In this document: positions 49,501 through 60,100 of the stretch, piece by piece
Layout: every line of letters starts with the position of its first letter
How positions within the stretch are numbered: position 1 is the stretch's first letter
DNA from: a virus
IMG/VR virus record: IMGVR_UViG_3300028392_001993
Location: 114,198-178,197 of that record
Direction: 5' to 3' (one strand)
Length of the DNA stretch: 64,000 bases
Translations under genes and position numbers: made by a program
Notes under the pieces: generated by a model
Database searches by the model: none
The model's input: only the letters and a program-made list of their open reading frames with translations
What the model was told of the DNA's origin: nothing

Positions 49501-51615
49501 TTGTTTGCATTGAGTGCAGCCAATCAGTCGGGCAACAAATACGAACAATACACAGCAAACTTGTCCTTGTATACCGGTTACAGTACTAGCCCATTCAAGA
49601 GTGGCAACATCACAATCACCATTGAACCACAGACTCGTGCCAACTACGTTGGAACCACTGCTAACGTCACCACCAATGCCACTGCCAACACAGGCAACGC
49701 CAGAGTGGGCTATCTCTACACTGACTACAATGGTGCCAACCGATCGACATTCACATTCCAGAACACCAGTGAGAACAGCAACATTGCCAACTGGACCTGG
49801 GGCGATGCTACATTCAGCAATGGCGTGAGCAACGTGGGCAACGTGTTACATACCTATAACAGTACTGGAGCCTTTACTGTGTCACTCCAGGCCAATGGCA
49901 CACCAAATGGTATAACTAGTACCGCACAAAGCAATACCTTTAGCACTACAGGTTACATTTTCATTGCCGCCAACCCAACTGCACCTACTGCACTGAGTGG
50001 CTTTGCCAATTTGACCATTGCCAATGCCAGTCAAGGCACAAGTCCATTGCTGGCTGCTGGCGCCACAGACGCATCAGGTGGCAACATTCCAGCCAATGGC
50101 ACCAGTGTCACACGTTTTGCAACAACAGCAACTATCACAACCAGTGCCAACGTTCAACTGGCAAACACAGCCGTAACAGGCACGTTGTATGCTTATGTGA
50201 ACAATGCCAACGCAGGTAGTGTGACATTTAGTAATGTGAGCAACACTGTTGGAACATCGGGTGCCTTGGTGGTGTCAGCAGATCAAGACTTGCACGTGGC
50301 CAATGCCGCGGTACCTAGTTACTTCTACAAAGTGTTCAGTGCCAATGTAAGTTGTGCTTTGAGCAGTTTGAGCACAGGTTACAACAATTACAAAATGGTA
50401 CACTCAGTATCGGGCAACACCAACTATGTGGGCTTTGTCAAAGACAATTTGAACACAGCACCCGGTCTAGTTACCAGCAACGTGGCCATGGTGGAGGCCA
50501 CAGCAGGAACCTACAGATACATTTCAGGCATTCCTTACTACAACACAGGATCACCCACAATTACAATTGCCAACCTGCAGGTGGCAAACTTGGCCGGACA
50601 AACATTTACCAGTACCAATCCGTTCATACTTGATAGCGGAACAGTATACGAAGGCTCAGGCGCAGTAGTGGCAGCAAGCCAAACTAAATCTTTGGCAGGG
50701 ATTGACAATGCCGGCAACAGTATGTTGACCGGCAGCAACGTCAAGGCCAATATTGGTGTTAGTGCAAACTATACTTTTGGTAATCTAACTGCCAACCTTG
50801 GCGGTAGCAACAACAGCGTGAGTACATTGCAAGCCAACATACTCAATGTGATTGGAACCAGTGCCACAATTCAATTACCAACCAAGATACAGATGTATGC
50901 TGGTGCAAACTCTGGAGTGAATGAGCAGTCAATTACTTGCACACCCACTGCCAACACACAAGCAGCCATACGTATTGTGATGAGCACAGCAGGCAACACT
51001 CCTGCGTTCTCCAATTCTACCAACTTCTACACTGCCAATGCTTGGTCAGGAGCACAGACAATTGCTGGTACACCAGAGTCAGTGGTGCGATATGGCGTAC
51101 TCACACAGTATGCAGTTGACTTGAGCACAGGCTACTTGCCAGCAGGACCAAACTTGTCAGTCACTGGCAGCAGAACAAGCACACAGTATTTTACTTTTGC
51201 ATTTGCAAGACCAAGCCTGGCCAACTTTGATGTTAGATTAACAACCACCACAGGTGTTGCAGGAGTTTGGGTAGCGGCACCGGGCACAACCATAGACAAG
51301 AGTGGATTTTCATCACCCACTCCTGGATTCCCTGGACCCACTAGTAGTATCAACGGATGGCTGGAAGCATTTACACAGTATGCTGGATCAGGAGTTCCTG
51401 GTGCGGCTAGTGGCACGGGCGGCAACGGCTCAAACGGGTGTGCTTTAACTGGTGCCGATGTAATACCGTTAAATACAGCAATTGCCAATGTAGGATACAC
51501 AATGACTCTGGGATCTCAAAACGCTGCCAACAGTACTGGCAACAACATTTTAATTAGAATTGCACTGGCAACGGGTCAATCTATCACAGCCTTGTCAATA
51601 GGAGTAGCCGCTTAA
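43525..51615 (+). CDS. Giant tail-fibre/baseplate-attached protein (2696 aa) with gp9/10-like N-terminus, G/N/T/S repeats and PKD-like domains
   Basis: IIDVGAAANDGTGEPLRNAF..VNDNF (T4 gp9/gp10 N-terminal motif); 17-aa SATGNITGGNLLTAGLV repeats; four W.[F/W]GDG-type PKD motifs at ~48760-49900. Confidence 0.75.
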   Translation: MTQQIIDVGAAANDGTGEPLRNAFTGVNDNFTQIWTAGPVGSQVQITGNIVTTTVTNLGLTLAGNGIGNITANSSIVPGTAGVYDIGAPDNKFQYIYGDYLVGNGALITGIVANTSYNNSNVAAFLPTYTGNLVSLTGPVRTTANVIAGNIITSGFLGVSGAISGGNITGTNLISSGYVSAVGNITTTANISGNYLLGNGAFITGITATNIAAGALTGTTLSSNVLYSSLQVVGNLVYVNVDGNITTTGRFIGSGAGLTNIPAANIVGTIANASYATTAGIAYSVSAANVSGTVANATYATTAGSATTATIANTANAVAGANVTGVVANAAYAITAGSATTANTANTSATVTTAAQPNITSVGTLTSVSVSGNATAGNILTGGQISAIGNVSGNYFIGNGALLTGIASNASANAGALVGSTLSSNVVFSSLTTVGNLVSVNVDGNVITGGRFIGSGAGLTNIPGANVSGNVANANVAATVTTAAQPNITSVGTLTSLTSTGNVTANYFIGNGSLLTGIAASNVNAGALVGSTLSANVLYSSLQTVGNLVSVNVTGNITTTGRFIGSGAGLTNIPAGNISGTVANAAYATTAGLATTATTANTATTVTSNAQPNITSVGTLTSVSVTGNAGVGRLNIGQANLYITNTNPPVLAVQADTTQFSANIDVATNIRTYSVTANATISAIGNITGGNLVTAGNATASYFIGNGRQLTGIVATSVGNLDSLVVIGNTTTGNLLTGGLISAVGNIKTVANVSGNYFIGNGALLTGITVSAGTSIVNGNSNVVVGANGNVTVGVTGTSNVSVFTPAGVEVKGLVSATGNIAGNYLLGNGALITGLPAGYSNADVANYLPTYTGNLVSLTGPVTTTSNITGGNLLTGAQVIANGEIQTGTGFSTGGYLSVNGSTDLHNTNVTGYLSATGNLTGNYILGNGALLTGVITSVANINNGTSNVTVVSSGGNITVGVGGTGNVAVFASTGEYITGLLSASGNVTGNYFIGNGSQLTGVAASSVNAAALVGNTLSSNVLYSSLTTVGTLANLSVTGNVTGGNVLTGGVISSSGTVTGGNVLTAGLVSAAGNVTGGNINTAGLVSTKDFGITGNIIGNLIPSANVTYNIGNPTHAFKDLYLSGNSIYLGPQVISSNATGITVGGGDLAGSNVVASNAITAGTTISAVGNVTGGNVLTAGLISATSTITSAANITGANLVTTGLATVSGNITGGNVLTAGQVSATANITGGNVSTAGLITATGNITGSNVSITGGTLAFANANIVQTNPLDLAITGAYQISVKPAGGSYQWTFGNDGALTGSTGVGVTGYLSAGGNVTGGNLLTSGLVSATGNIIGGNVNTSAIRPVSGGLIISTASGNLTLQPSGNIVLANTIINSVAYPQQDTDAASKIYVDNMISTGLAYHTPVAAATTTTLATTTGGTITYTQPNGVSNGVGALLTTTGSFNLIDTANVQTVGTRILVKNEGNAVYNGVYTWANATNIIRSTDTDTYGPDSTTDLSLNDYFFVQGGNVNKGGAYVVSAPAGTITFGTSNITFSQFSSSQTYTANTDAGISLTGTQINAKVDQNTTAFDGGGNIIVKANANLTTPNIGAATGTSLSVTSNVTGGNINTGGAVSATANITGGNVLTGGVVSATANITGGNLTTAGQISATGNITGNYFIGNGSALTGVIASGGSGNTITLGTPTDGNLTGNDVAYQGWTTATYVTDGLDDLNQVALNIAGNTFVGNTYITANVSSGPSPLSVALTGRYIGNPNAYLWQFGDGTANVTTANATHTFSNTLGGTFTVTYTAYNTNGTHAGNAANGAKGSTSTASTTITLYTPTPIPSFTANRTSLDTPGGVLITNTSQYAETYSINWGDGTIVIPANNWTTASHTFTNATANTDVLYGVNLTGNSANAGASPVSVTSSNTNVKVYSSQSGNVFVTANVANVINGVGTISFRNDSNGTPGNTASFGAQQLYSFNYGDGNISNVNIQAGLAGNPSAANVTHLFALSAANQSGNKYEQYTANLSLYTGYSTSPFKSGNITITIEPQTRANYVGTTANVTTNATANTGNARVGYLYTDYNGANRSTFTFQNTSENSNIANWTWGDATFSNGVSNVGNVLHTYNSTGAFTVSLQANGTPNGITSTAQSNTFSTTGYIFIAANPTAPTALSGFANLTIANASQGTSPLLAAGATDASGGNIPANGTSVTRFATTATITTSANVQLANTAVTGTLYAYVNNANAGSVTFSNVSNTVGTSGALVVSADQDLHVANAAVPSYFYKVFSANVSCALSSLSTGYNNYKMVHSVSGNTNYVGFVKDNLNTAPGLVTSNVAMVEATAGTYRYISGIPYYNTGSPTITIANLQVANLAGQTFTSTNPFILDSGTVYEGSGAVVAASQTKSLAGIDNAGNSMLTGSNVKANIGVSANYTFGNLTANLGGSNNSVSTLQANILNVIGTSATIQLPTKIQMYAGANSGVNEQSITCTPTANTQAAIRIVMSTAGNTPAFSNSTNFYTANAWSGAQTIAGTPESVVRYGVLTQYAVDLSTGYLPAGPNLSVTGSRTSTQYFTFAFARPSLANFDVRLTTTTGVAGVWVAAPGTTIDKSGFSSPTPGFPGPTSSINGWLEAFTQYAGSGVPGAASGTGGNGSNGCALTGADVIPLNTAIANVGYTMTLGSQNAANSTGNNILIRIALATGQSITALSIGVAA

Positions 51616-53459
51616 TGGCCGCCTCGTTTAACGAATCACAAAAGATTGACTACCTTTGGAAAAAGGTCGGCTACGGGGTAACCAAAACTGCCGAGCCTGC
51701 TTCCAAAGAAGCCTTCAACGAAAGCATACCCAGTCCACTGCTGTATCGTGGCGACCTTATTTGGACACAGAGTGGAGACATACCTGCCACACCTCCGGCT
51801 AATACCACGTCACTGGTGCAAGTGTACAAAGATGGTGGCGGCGCTGGATACAGTCCTACAATACAATGTACTGAAGACCTAACAGCACCTGACAATCAAA
51901 CCTGGAAAACAAACCTAATCAACTGGATTCCCACACAGTTTGGTGACAACTACCTGGTGCAAGTGTACGCTGGCGCCGCAAACATAAGCAATCCTCAAAC
52001 AGCAGGTACTAAACTGTTTGGCGCAGGTTCTGGCAGTGATGACACTTGGTTCTTTGATTATCAATCTGGCGTTCTAAACTTCAATGGCGCAACTATACCA
52101 ACTGCTATTGGTACCGGAACAGCCAACACAATTTATGTTGTGGGCTACAGATATGTTGGCGAGTTTGGGGTAGACACAACATTTATCAGCAACGGCACAA
52201 GTAATGTGAACATTGCCACTGCCAATGGCAACATCACCATGGGTGTGAATGGCACCAGCAATGTTGCTGTAATTTCTAACACAGGTGCATACGTTTCGGG
52301 TGTGGTTAGCGCCTCGGGCAACATAACTGGCAACTACTTCATTGGTAATGGTAGTCAGTTAACTGGTGTTGCCGCAGCCAGTGTAAATGCCAATGCATTG
52401 ATTGGTAACACACTAAGTTCGAACGTACTATATTCAAGCCTGACTCAAGTTGGTACACTGAGTAATGTATCCGTCTCTGGCAATGTAGTTGGCGGTAATG
52501 TTTTAACAGGTGGTGTAGTATCAGCCACTGGTAACGTAACCAGCGGCGGCGTTGTTACTACCGGACCCAGTGGCAACATCAGTGGTGCCAATGTAGTTTC
52601 GGCCACCACGTTTACTGCCACTGCCAACATCACTGGCGGTAACATACTAACAATTGGTAAGGTTAGTGCAACAGGTAATGTATATGGCAATGCAATATTG
52701 TCAGACAACTATTTTTATGCCAATGGTCAACCAATTCCTACAGGTATTGTTTATACTGCCGCATCGTCTCCGCCTGCTGGCCCAGATGTTGGAGATCAAT
52801 GGTATGATATTATCAATGATGTGTTGTATGAATTCCTTAATGACGGCACAAGCACATACTGGGTAGATTCAAACTCTCCAGCATTTGCCGGCGGTGTTGT
52901 GGCCAATGTGGCAATTTCTGGAGTGCTACTACCAGTTGCAAACGTCACATATGATATTGGTAGCAGTACTGTATATTTCCGCAACACCTACACACAGAAC
53001 CTCTACACCAACAATAGATTGCCTGCATACAATATGCCCCTGGGTGCTGTGGTACAAACAATAATGAGTTCAACACTGGGTGGTAGCGTAACAAACAGCA
53101 CCAGTTATGCTGACATCAGTTATGCAAATGTAACAATCACACCATCTAGTGCAACAAGTAAAATATTAATTTTGGCCACAGGAACCAGTGAATTTAGTGC
53201 TGTGTCAGGTTTTGGCGTTACTTCCTATACTCAATTGGTTAGAGGTGCTAGTACTAGTTTGCAAGTTCAAAGCACCGGAACATCAGGGACAGGTGGCACA
53301 GATGCAGGCGCAACAGGTGCTATTTCTTACAGTTATATTGATAGTCCGGCAACCACAGGTGCTGTGACTTATAAATTACAGCAAAAAGTGTCTACTGCCA
53401 GTAGCACACTGACCAGTACAAATATTTGGCTGATAGCAATGGAGATAACCGGATCATGA
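51615..53459 (+). CDS. Tail fibre-like protein (614 aa)
   Basis: Same repeats as neighbouring genes; GDQWYD...YWV motif; C-terminal VVQT...ITPSSATSKILI...DSPATTGAVTYKLQ...AMEI distal-tip-type domain. Confidence 0.65.
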   Translation: MAASFNESQKIDYLWKKVGYGVTKTAEPASKEAFNESIPSPLLYRGDLIWTQSGDIPATPPANTTSLVQVYKDGGGAGYSPTIQCTEDLTAPDNQTWKTNLINWIPTQFGDNYLVQVYAGAANISNPQTAGTKLFGAGSGSDDTWFFDYQSGVLNFNGATIPTAIGTGTANTIYVVGYRYVGEFGVDTTFISNGTSNVNIATANGNITMGVNGTSNVAVISNTGAYVSGVVSASGNITGNYFIGNGSQLTGVAAASVNANALIGNTLSSNVLYSSLTQVGTLSNVSVSGNVVGGNVLTGGVVSATGNVTSGGVVTTGPSGNISGANVVSATTFTATANITGGNILTIGKVSATGNVYGNAILSDNYFYANGQPIPTGIVYTAASSPPAGPDVGDQWYDIINDVLYEFLNDGTSTYWVDSNSPAFAGGVVANVAISGVLLPVANVTYDIGSSTVYFRNTYTQNLYTNNRLPAYNMPLGAVVQTIMSSTLGGSVTNSTSYADISYANVTITPSSATSKILILATGTSEFSAVSGFGVTSYTQLVRGASTSLQVQSTGTSGTGGTDAGATGAISYSYIDSPATTGAVTYKLQQKVSTASSTLTSTNIWLIAMEITGS

Positions 53460-54130
53460 TAACATTATTTCATGCTATTCAAAGTCTAGTGCCCGGAGCA
53501 GAAGTCAGTGTGGGCATATTTGACCAATCAATAGAATGGCACAAGCCTGACACTGCCCCAGTGTCTTTGGAACAAATATTGCAAGAACAACAGCGTTTGC
53601 AACAGGCCTATGACTGGAATGAATACCAAAGAAATCGTGCTAGAGAATATCCTAGCATCCAAGAGCAATTAGATGCCTTGTATCACGCTGGTGTGTTTCC
53701 ACCGGCTATGGCTGCTAGAATACGGGCAGTAAAAGCAAAATACCCACGCTATTCTCTAGAACAAACACAAACACAAACAGTAGAGCAGTCAGCGCCCAAA
53801 ATGTCAGTTGATGAGTGGCTGGCAGAAGAAACAACAAAAATGACTGCCGAAGAATGGCTAGCAAAACAAAACTCGGCGACTCATATGACTCGAGAAGAGT
53901 GGCTGGCATCACAGGCCACTGTAAAAATAGAACACAACACCGGGCCCGCAAATACTGTCACTGTTACTCGAACTATGACTACAGAAGAGTGGTTGCGAGA
54001 GCAAACTGCCCAAGAAAATAATCAAATGATGACCCGCGAACAGTGGCTAGAACAACAAAAAACACAGGCCCAGCCGCGACAAATGACCCGTGAAGAATGG
54101 CTTGCACAGCAAGCAAACGTAGGAAATTAG
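53456..54130 (+). CDS. Tail-fibre assembly chaperone-like protein with novel MTxEEWL repeat extension (~224 aa; ATG 53456 preferred)
   Basis: ATGA overlap with the upstream stop; EYQRNRAREYPSIQEQLDALYH...IRAVKAKYP; six M[T/S]xE[E/Q]WL repeats follow. Confidence 0.65.
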   Translation: MITLFHAIQSLVPGAEVSVGIFDQSIEWHKPDTAPVSLEQILQEQQRLQQAYDWNEYQRNRAREYPSIQEQLDALYHAGVFPPAMAARIRAVKAKYPRYSLEQTQTQTVEQSAPKMSVDEWLAEETTKMTAEEWLAKQNSATHMTREEWLASQATVKIEHNTGPANTVTVTRTMTTEEWLREQTAQENNQMMTREQWLEQQKTQAQPRQMTREEWLAQQANVGN

Positions 54131-54198
54131 TATAAAAATGCTAGAAATAGAAAAGTTTAGTCTGGCATAAGTAGTGTATAAGACCAACAGGAGAAATT

Positions 54199-57100
54199 AT
54201 GGCCTTCCCAGTATCACCCACAAATGGACAAACCACAGTAGTTAATCAGATAACCTACCAGTATTCTAGTGCAACCAATTCATGGACTAGACTTGTAAGT
54301 ACTGCCAACGTTATCACAGCCAACACAATTGCTGTAAACGGTGCGCTCACAGTTGGTACCACAATTAGTGCTACTGGTAACGTAAGCACAGCAGGATTTT
54401 TCATTGGTAACGGTTCACAACTGACTGGCTTAGCAGCCGGAACAGCCAACTCAGCATTGGCATTGGTCAATGGAACCACAAACCTTACCACAGCAAGCGG
54501 TGGTAATGCTAACTTAACCATTGGTGGAACTTCAAACGTTGTTGTTTGGGCCACAACAGGTGAATACATTACAGGTGTACTAAGTGCAAGTGGACAAGTA
54601 ACTGGCTCGCAGTTCAATGGTTCTGGTGCTGGATTGACGTCAATTCCTGGTGCTAACGTTACTGGTACTGTGCCAAGTGCAACTTCAGCAACCACAGCAG
54701 GTACGGTGACAACTGCCGCACAACCAAATATTACATCAGTTGGTACATTAACAAGCGTATCTGTAACTAACAACGTTACCGGTGGCAACTTGCTCACAGG
54801 TGGTCTTGTTTCAGCAACTGGTAACGTAACTGGCGGTAATGTATTAACAGGCGGAGTAGTCTCTGCAACTGGTAACGTGAGTGGTAATTATATTCTTGGT
54901 AATGGCGCATTGCTAACAGGCGTTATTACAAGTGTGGCCAACATCAACAGTGGAAATTCAAACGTAACAGTAGTAAGTGCTGGCGGCAACATTGCCGTGG
55001 GCGTGGGCGGTGTCGCTAACGTGGCTGTGTTTGCCACAACAGGCGAATATGTAACTGGCGTTGTGAGTGCAAGTGGTAATGTAACTGGTGGTAATTTGTT
55101 AACTGCTGGTTTAATATCTGCAACTGGCAACATTTATGGCGGTAACGTACTCAATTCGGGTATAAGTTCAGTTACTGGCAACATTACAGGTGGTAACTTA
55201 CTCACTGCTGGACAAGTATCAGCAACTGGTAACGTGACTGGTAATTACTTGCTTGGTAATATTACTTCTGCAACTGGCGCTATGGCCAAGATTGCAAATG
55301 GTACAAGTAGTGTAAACGTTGCGGCTTCTGGCGGCAACGTTGTAGTGGCAGTTAGTGTTGACCCAGTGGTTACCTTCACAGCCACCAGCCTTTTGGCAAA
55401 CAGTGTATCCAACTACGGTATTGTTGCAAGTGGTAACATCAGCGGCAATAATATATCTGCAACCAATGCGTTGTCAGCAGGCACCACAGTCAGTGCAGTT
55501 GGTAACGTCATTGGCGGCAACGTCACTACAGCAGGTCAAGTAAGTGCTACTGCCAATATCACAGGTGGTAACGTATTAACTGCTGGCATAGTCAGTTCAA
55601 CTGGTAATGCCATACATGGCAATATCTTAACAGGTGGTATCGTAAGTGCCACAGCCAACATCACTGGTGGTAACGTATTAACTGCTGGATTAATCTCGGC
55701 TACATCAACAATTACAAGTGCAGCCAACGTAATTGGTGGCAACTTAACCACAGCAGGTCAAGTATCTGCAACAGCCAACGTAACTGGTGGTAACGTATTA
55801 ACAGGTGGCCTAGTAAGTGCCACTGCCAACATCACTGGTGGCAATATTTTAACTGCTGGCATTGTAAGTGCTACAGGCAATGCTGTATTTGGTAACATCA
55901 GTACCAGTGGTTCAGGCGGCAACATTTCTGGTGCCAACGTAATTTCTGGAACCACACTCAGTGCAACTGCCAACATCACCGGTGGTAATATACAAACTGC
56001 TGGACAAGTATCAGCAACTGGCAACATCACAGCAGCCACAGGTTCGTTCTTTATTGGTAATGGTTCAGCACTGACAGGTGTTACTGCCACAAGTGCTGGC
56101 TTCCCAATCACATCTGGTAACTCAAACATTGCGGCCACTATCAATGCCAACATTGCAGTCACAGTAGGTGGAACTGCTAACGTGGCAGTGTTTGCCACCA
56201 CAGGTGAATATATTACTGGTGTACTAAGTGCTACAGGTAACATCACTGGCGGCAACGTATTAACCGCAGGACTGGTAAGTTCAACTGGTAACATCACTGG
56301 CGGTAACATATTAACTGCTGGCTTGATTTCGGCTACATCAACAATCACAAGTGCGGCCAACGTCACAGGCGGCAACTTGTTGACAGCAGGTTTGATAAGT
56401 GCTACTGCTACTATAACTGGTGGCAACTTGGCCACAGGCGGTACATCAAGTGCCGCAGGCAACGTAACCGGTGGTAATGTACTCACAGCAGGATTAATAT
56501 CTGCCACAGGTAACGTAACTGGTGGCAACTTGGCCACAGGCGGTACATCAAGTGCCGCAGGCAACGTAACCGGTGGTAATGTACTCACAGCAGGATTAAT
56601 ATCCGCAACTGGCAACTTAAATGCCGGTAACGTAAACACCAACCAACTGCGTAATGTGTCGGGTAACCTGACCATTGGTGTCACTGCTGGTAACTTGATT
56701 TTAGGCCCAAGCGGCAACGTGGTGATGAGTGCCAACACATACATCAATAACGTGTTGGATCCAGTACAAAACCAAGACGTGGCAACCAAGGCTTATGTTG
56801 ATAACTTTGCCACAACTGGTATTGCCTATCACCAACCAGTGGCCGCGGCAACTACTACTACCCTGGCTACTACCACAGGTGGTACAATCACCTACACACA
56901 ACCCAATGGTGTTTCAAACGGCGTTGGTGCGCTGTTGACCACAACTGGTACATTCAACTTGGTTGATACTGCTAACATTCAAACACTTGGCACACGTGTC
57001 TTGGTCAAGAACGAAGCCAATGCAGTATACAACGGCGTGTACACCTGGGCTAATGCCACAAACATCATACGTTCAACTGACACAGACACATACGGACCAG

Positions 57101-60100
57101 ACAGTACAACTGATTTGAGTATCAATGACTATTTCTATACCACAGGCGGTAACGTCAACGCTGGCACGGCATTTATTGTCAGTGCGCCTGCAGGTACTAT
57201 TACCTTTGGTACTTCAAATATCACGTTCAGTACATTTAGTACCAGCCAAGTTTACTCGGCCAATACTGCGGCTGGTATCAGTTTAAATGGCACAGTAATC
57301 AACGCCAAGACAGACGGCATCACAACGGCATTTGACGGCGGCGGCAACATTATTGTCAAGGCAAGTGCAAACTTAACAACACCAAACATTGGTGCGGCAA
57401 CTGGCTCAAGTTTAAACACTAGTGGTAACTTAACCGGTGGCAACTTGCTCACAGGCGGATTGATAAGTGCAACAAGCACTATCACTAGTGCAGCCAATGT
57501 CATTGGTGGAAACATTACTACTGCTGGTCAAGTGTCAGCAACTGCCAACGTAACAGGCGGCAACTTGTTAACAGGTGGATTGATCAGTTCGGCTGGTACA
57601 ATAACTGGTACAAGTCACCTAGGTTCAGTTGTTTCAGTCACAGCAAACGTAACTGGTGGCAACTTGTTAACAGGTGGTTTGGTTAGTTCAACAGGCAACA
57701 TCACAGGTGGCAATGTATTAACAGGTGGCTTGATTAGTGCCACTGCCAACATCACCGGTGGTAATATACAAACTGCTGGACAAGTATCAGCAACTGGCAA
57801 CATCACAGTAGCCGCAGGTTCGTTCTTTATTGGTAATGGTTCAGCACTGACAGGTGTTACTGCCACAAGTGCTGGCTTCCCAATCACATCTGGTAACTCA
57901 AACATTGCGGCCACTATCAACTCTAACATTACAGTCACAGTAACATCGGCAAACGTGGCGGTGTTTGCTAATACAGGTGCATATGTAACTGGTGTTGTGT
58001 CAGCAACTGCCAACATCACAGGTGGTAACGTATTAACTGCAGGTTTGATGAGTGCCGTTGGCAACATTGACGCTGGAAATTTACGCACAGTTGGCGATGT
58101 TTTTGCTAATGTCAACGTTGGAGCGGCTGGCAATGTTTCAGCCACAGGTAATGTGATGGGCGGCAATCTTAAAAGTTCTAATGCTATCACTGCTGTAACT
58201 ACCATTAGTGCCGGCGGCAACGTAATAGGCGGTAACATCACTACTGCTGGTCAAGTGTCAGCAACGGCCAACGTAACCGGTGGAAACTTGTTAACAGCAG
58301 GCTTAATATCTGCTACTAGTACAATCACAAGTGCAGCCAACGTTGTTGGTGGCAACATCACTACTGCTGGTCAAGTGTCAGCAACAGCCAACGTAACAGG
58401 CGGTAACTTATTAACAGCCGGCTTGATTAGTGCTACATCAACGATCACAAGTGCAGCCAACGTTGTTGGTGGCAACGTCACTACAGCAGGTCAAGTAAGT
58501 GCTACTGCCAATATCACAGGTGGTAACGTATTAACAGGTGGTTTGATTAGTGCCACTGCCAACATCACAGGTGGTAACTTACTCACTGCTGGACAAGTAT
58601 CAGCAACTGGTAACTTGTATGGTGGCAACATACTCAATTCGGGTATAAGTTCGGTTACTGGCAATATCACAGGTGGTAATGTATTAACTGCTGGCTTGGT
58701 ATCAGCAACTGGTAACGTGACTGGTAACTACATTTTGGGTAATGGCGCTTTGCTAACAGGCGTTATTACAAGTGTAGCCAATATCAACAACGGAACATCA
58801 AACGTTACTGTTGTGAGTTCAGGTGGTAACATCACTGTTGGTGTTGGCGGAACTGGCAACGTGGCAGTGTTTGCTACCACAGGCGAATATGTAACTGGTT
58901 TAATCAGCGCAAGTGGCAACATCACAGGTGGTAACGTACTCACTGCTGGTTTGATATCAGCTACTTCGACTATCACAAGTGCTGCCAATATTACAGGTGG
59001 TAACGTACTCACTGCTGGTTTGATATCAGCTACTTCGACTATCACAAGTGCTGCCAATATTACAGGTGGTAACTTGTTAACCGCTGGATTAGTAAGTGCT
59101 ACGGCCAACGTAACTGGTGGTAACTTGCTCACAGCAGGTATCATAAGTGCAACAGGCAACATCCGCGGTGGCAACGTTGCAGGCGCAGGTTTCTACTATG
59201 CCAACGGTGTGGCAATTATCAACTACACAGCGGCCACAACACCTCCTGCAAGTCCAAGCACAGGATGGCAGTGGTACAACACCACAACAGACGTGTTGTA
59301 TGAATACATCACAGATGGCACAACACCATACTGGGTTGACGTATCAAGTCCTGCATTCAGCAATGGACCAGCAGGTAACTTGGCCATAGGCGGCAGTTTG
59401 TTACCAAGTGCTAACATCACATACGATCTAGGCTCTGCTACACAAATGTGGCGTTCACTGTATGTGAGTGGCAACACAATTTATTTGGGCGGCGCAACAC
59501 TCAGTGCTTCGGGCACTAGTGTTAGCATGGGCACTGGTAACGTAACAGGTGGTAACGTTACAACGGCTGGCCTGGTATCTGCTACAGGTAATATTACTGG
59601 TAACTACATCCTTGGTAATGGTAGCCAACTGTCTGGCATTATCACAAGTGTTGGCAACATCAACAACGGAACATCAAACGTTACTGTTGTAAGTTCGGGT
59701 GGTAACATCACAGCATCAGTTGGTGGTACAGCCAACGTGGGTGTGTTCTACAACGGTGGATTGAGCATTACAGGTGACTTGACTGTGACTGGTAACGCTA
59801 CATTAACTGGTAACATTGTAGCCGATCGTATTCAGAACGGCACTACATTGATTGATATTCAGTCAGCCAGTGGTAATGCCAACATCACAATTGGTGGAAC
59901 TTCAAACGTTGCGGTATTTGCCACAACTGGTGAGTATGTAACTGGTTTGTTAAGCGTAAGCGGTAACGTAACTGGTGGCAACATCTTGACAGGTGGATTG
60001 ATTTCTGCTACTGGTACAGTTACCGGCTCAAGTTTCTTGGGTGCAGTAGTATCAGTCACAGCCAACGTAACCGGTGGTAACGTATTAACAGGTGGATTGA

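Noticed and set aside
55966-57920. Diversity-generating retroelement TR/VR pair
   Set aside because: The two 179-bp copies differ at only about 2 sites (one C/T, one A/G), both lie mid-gene, and no reverse transcriptase is present in the window.
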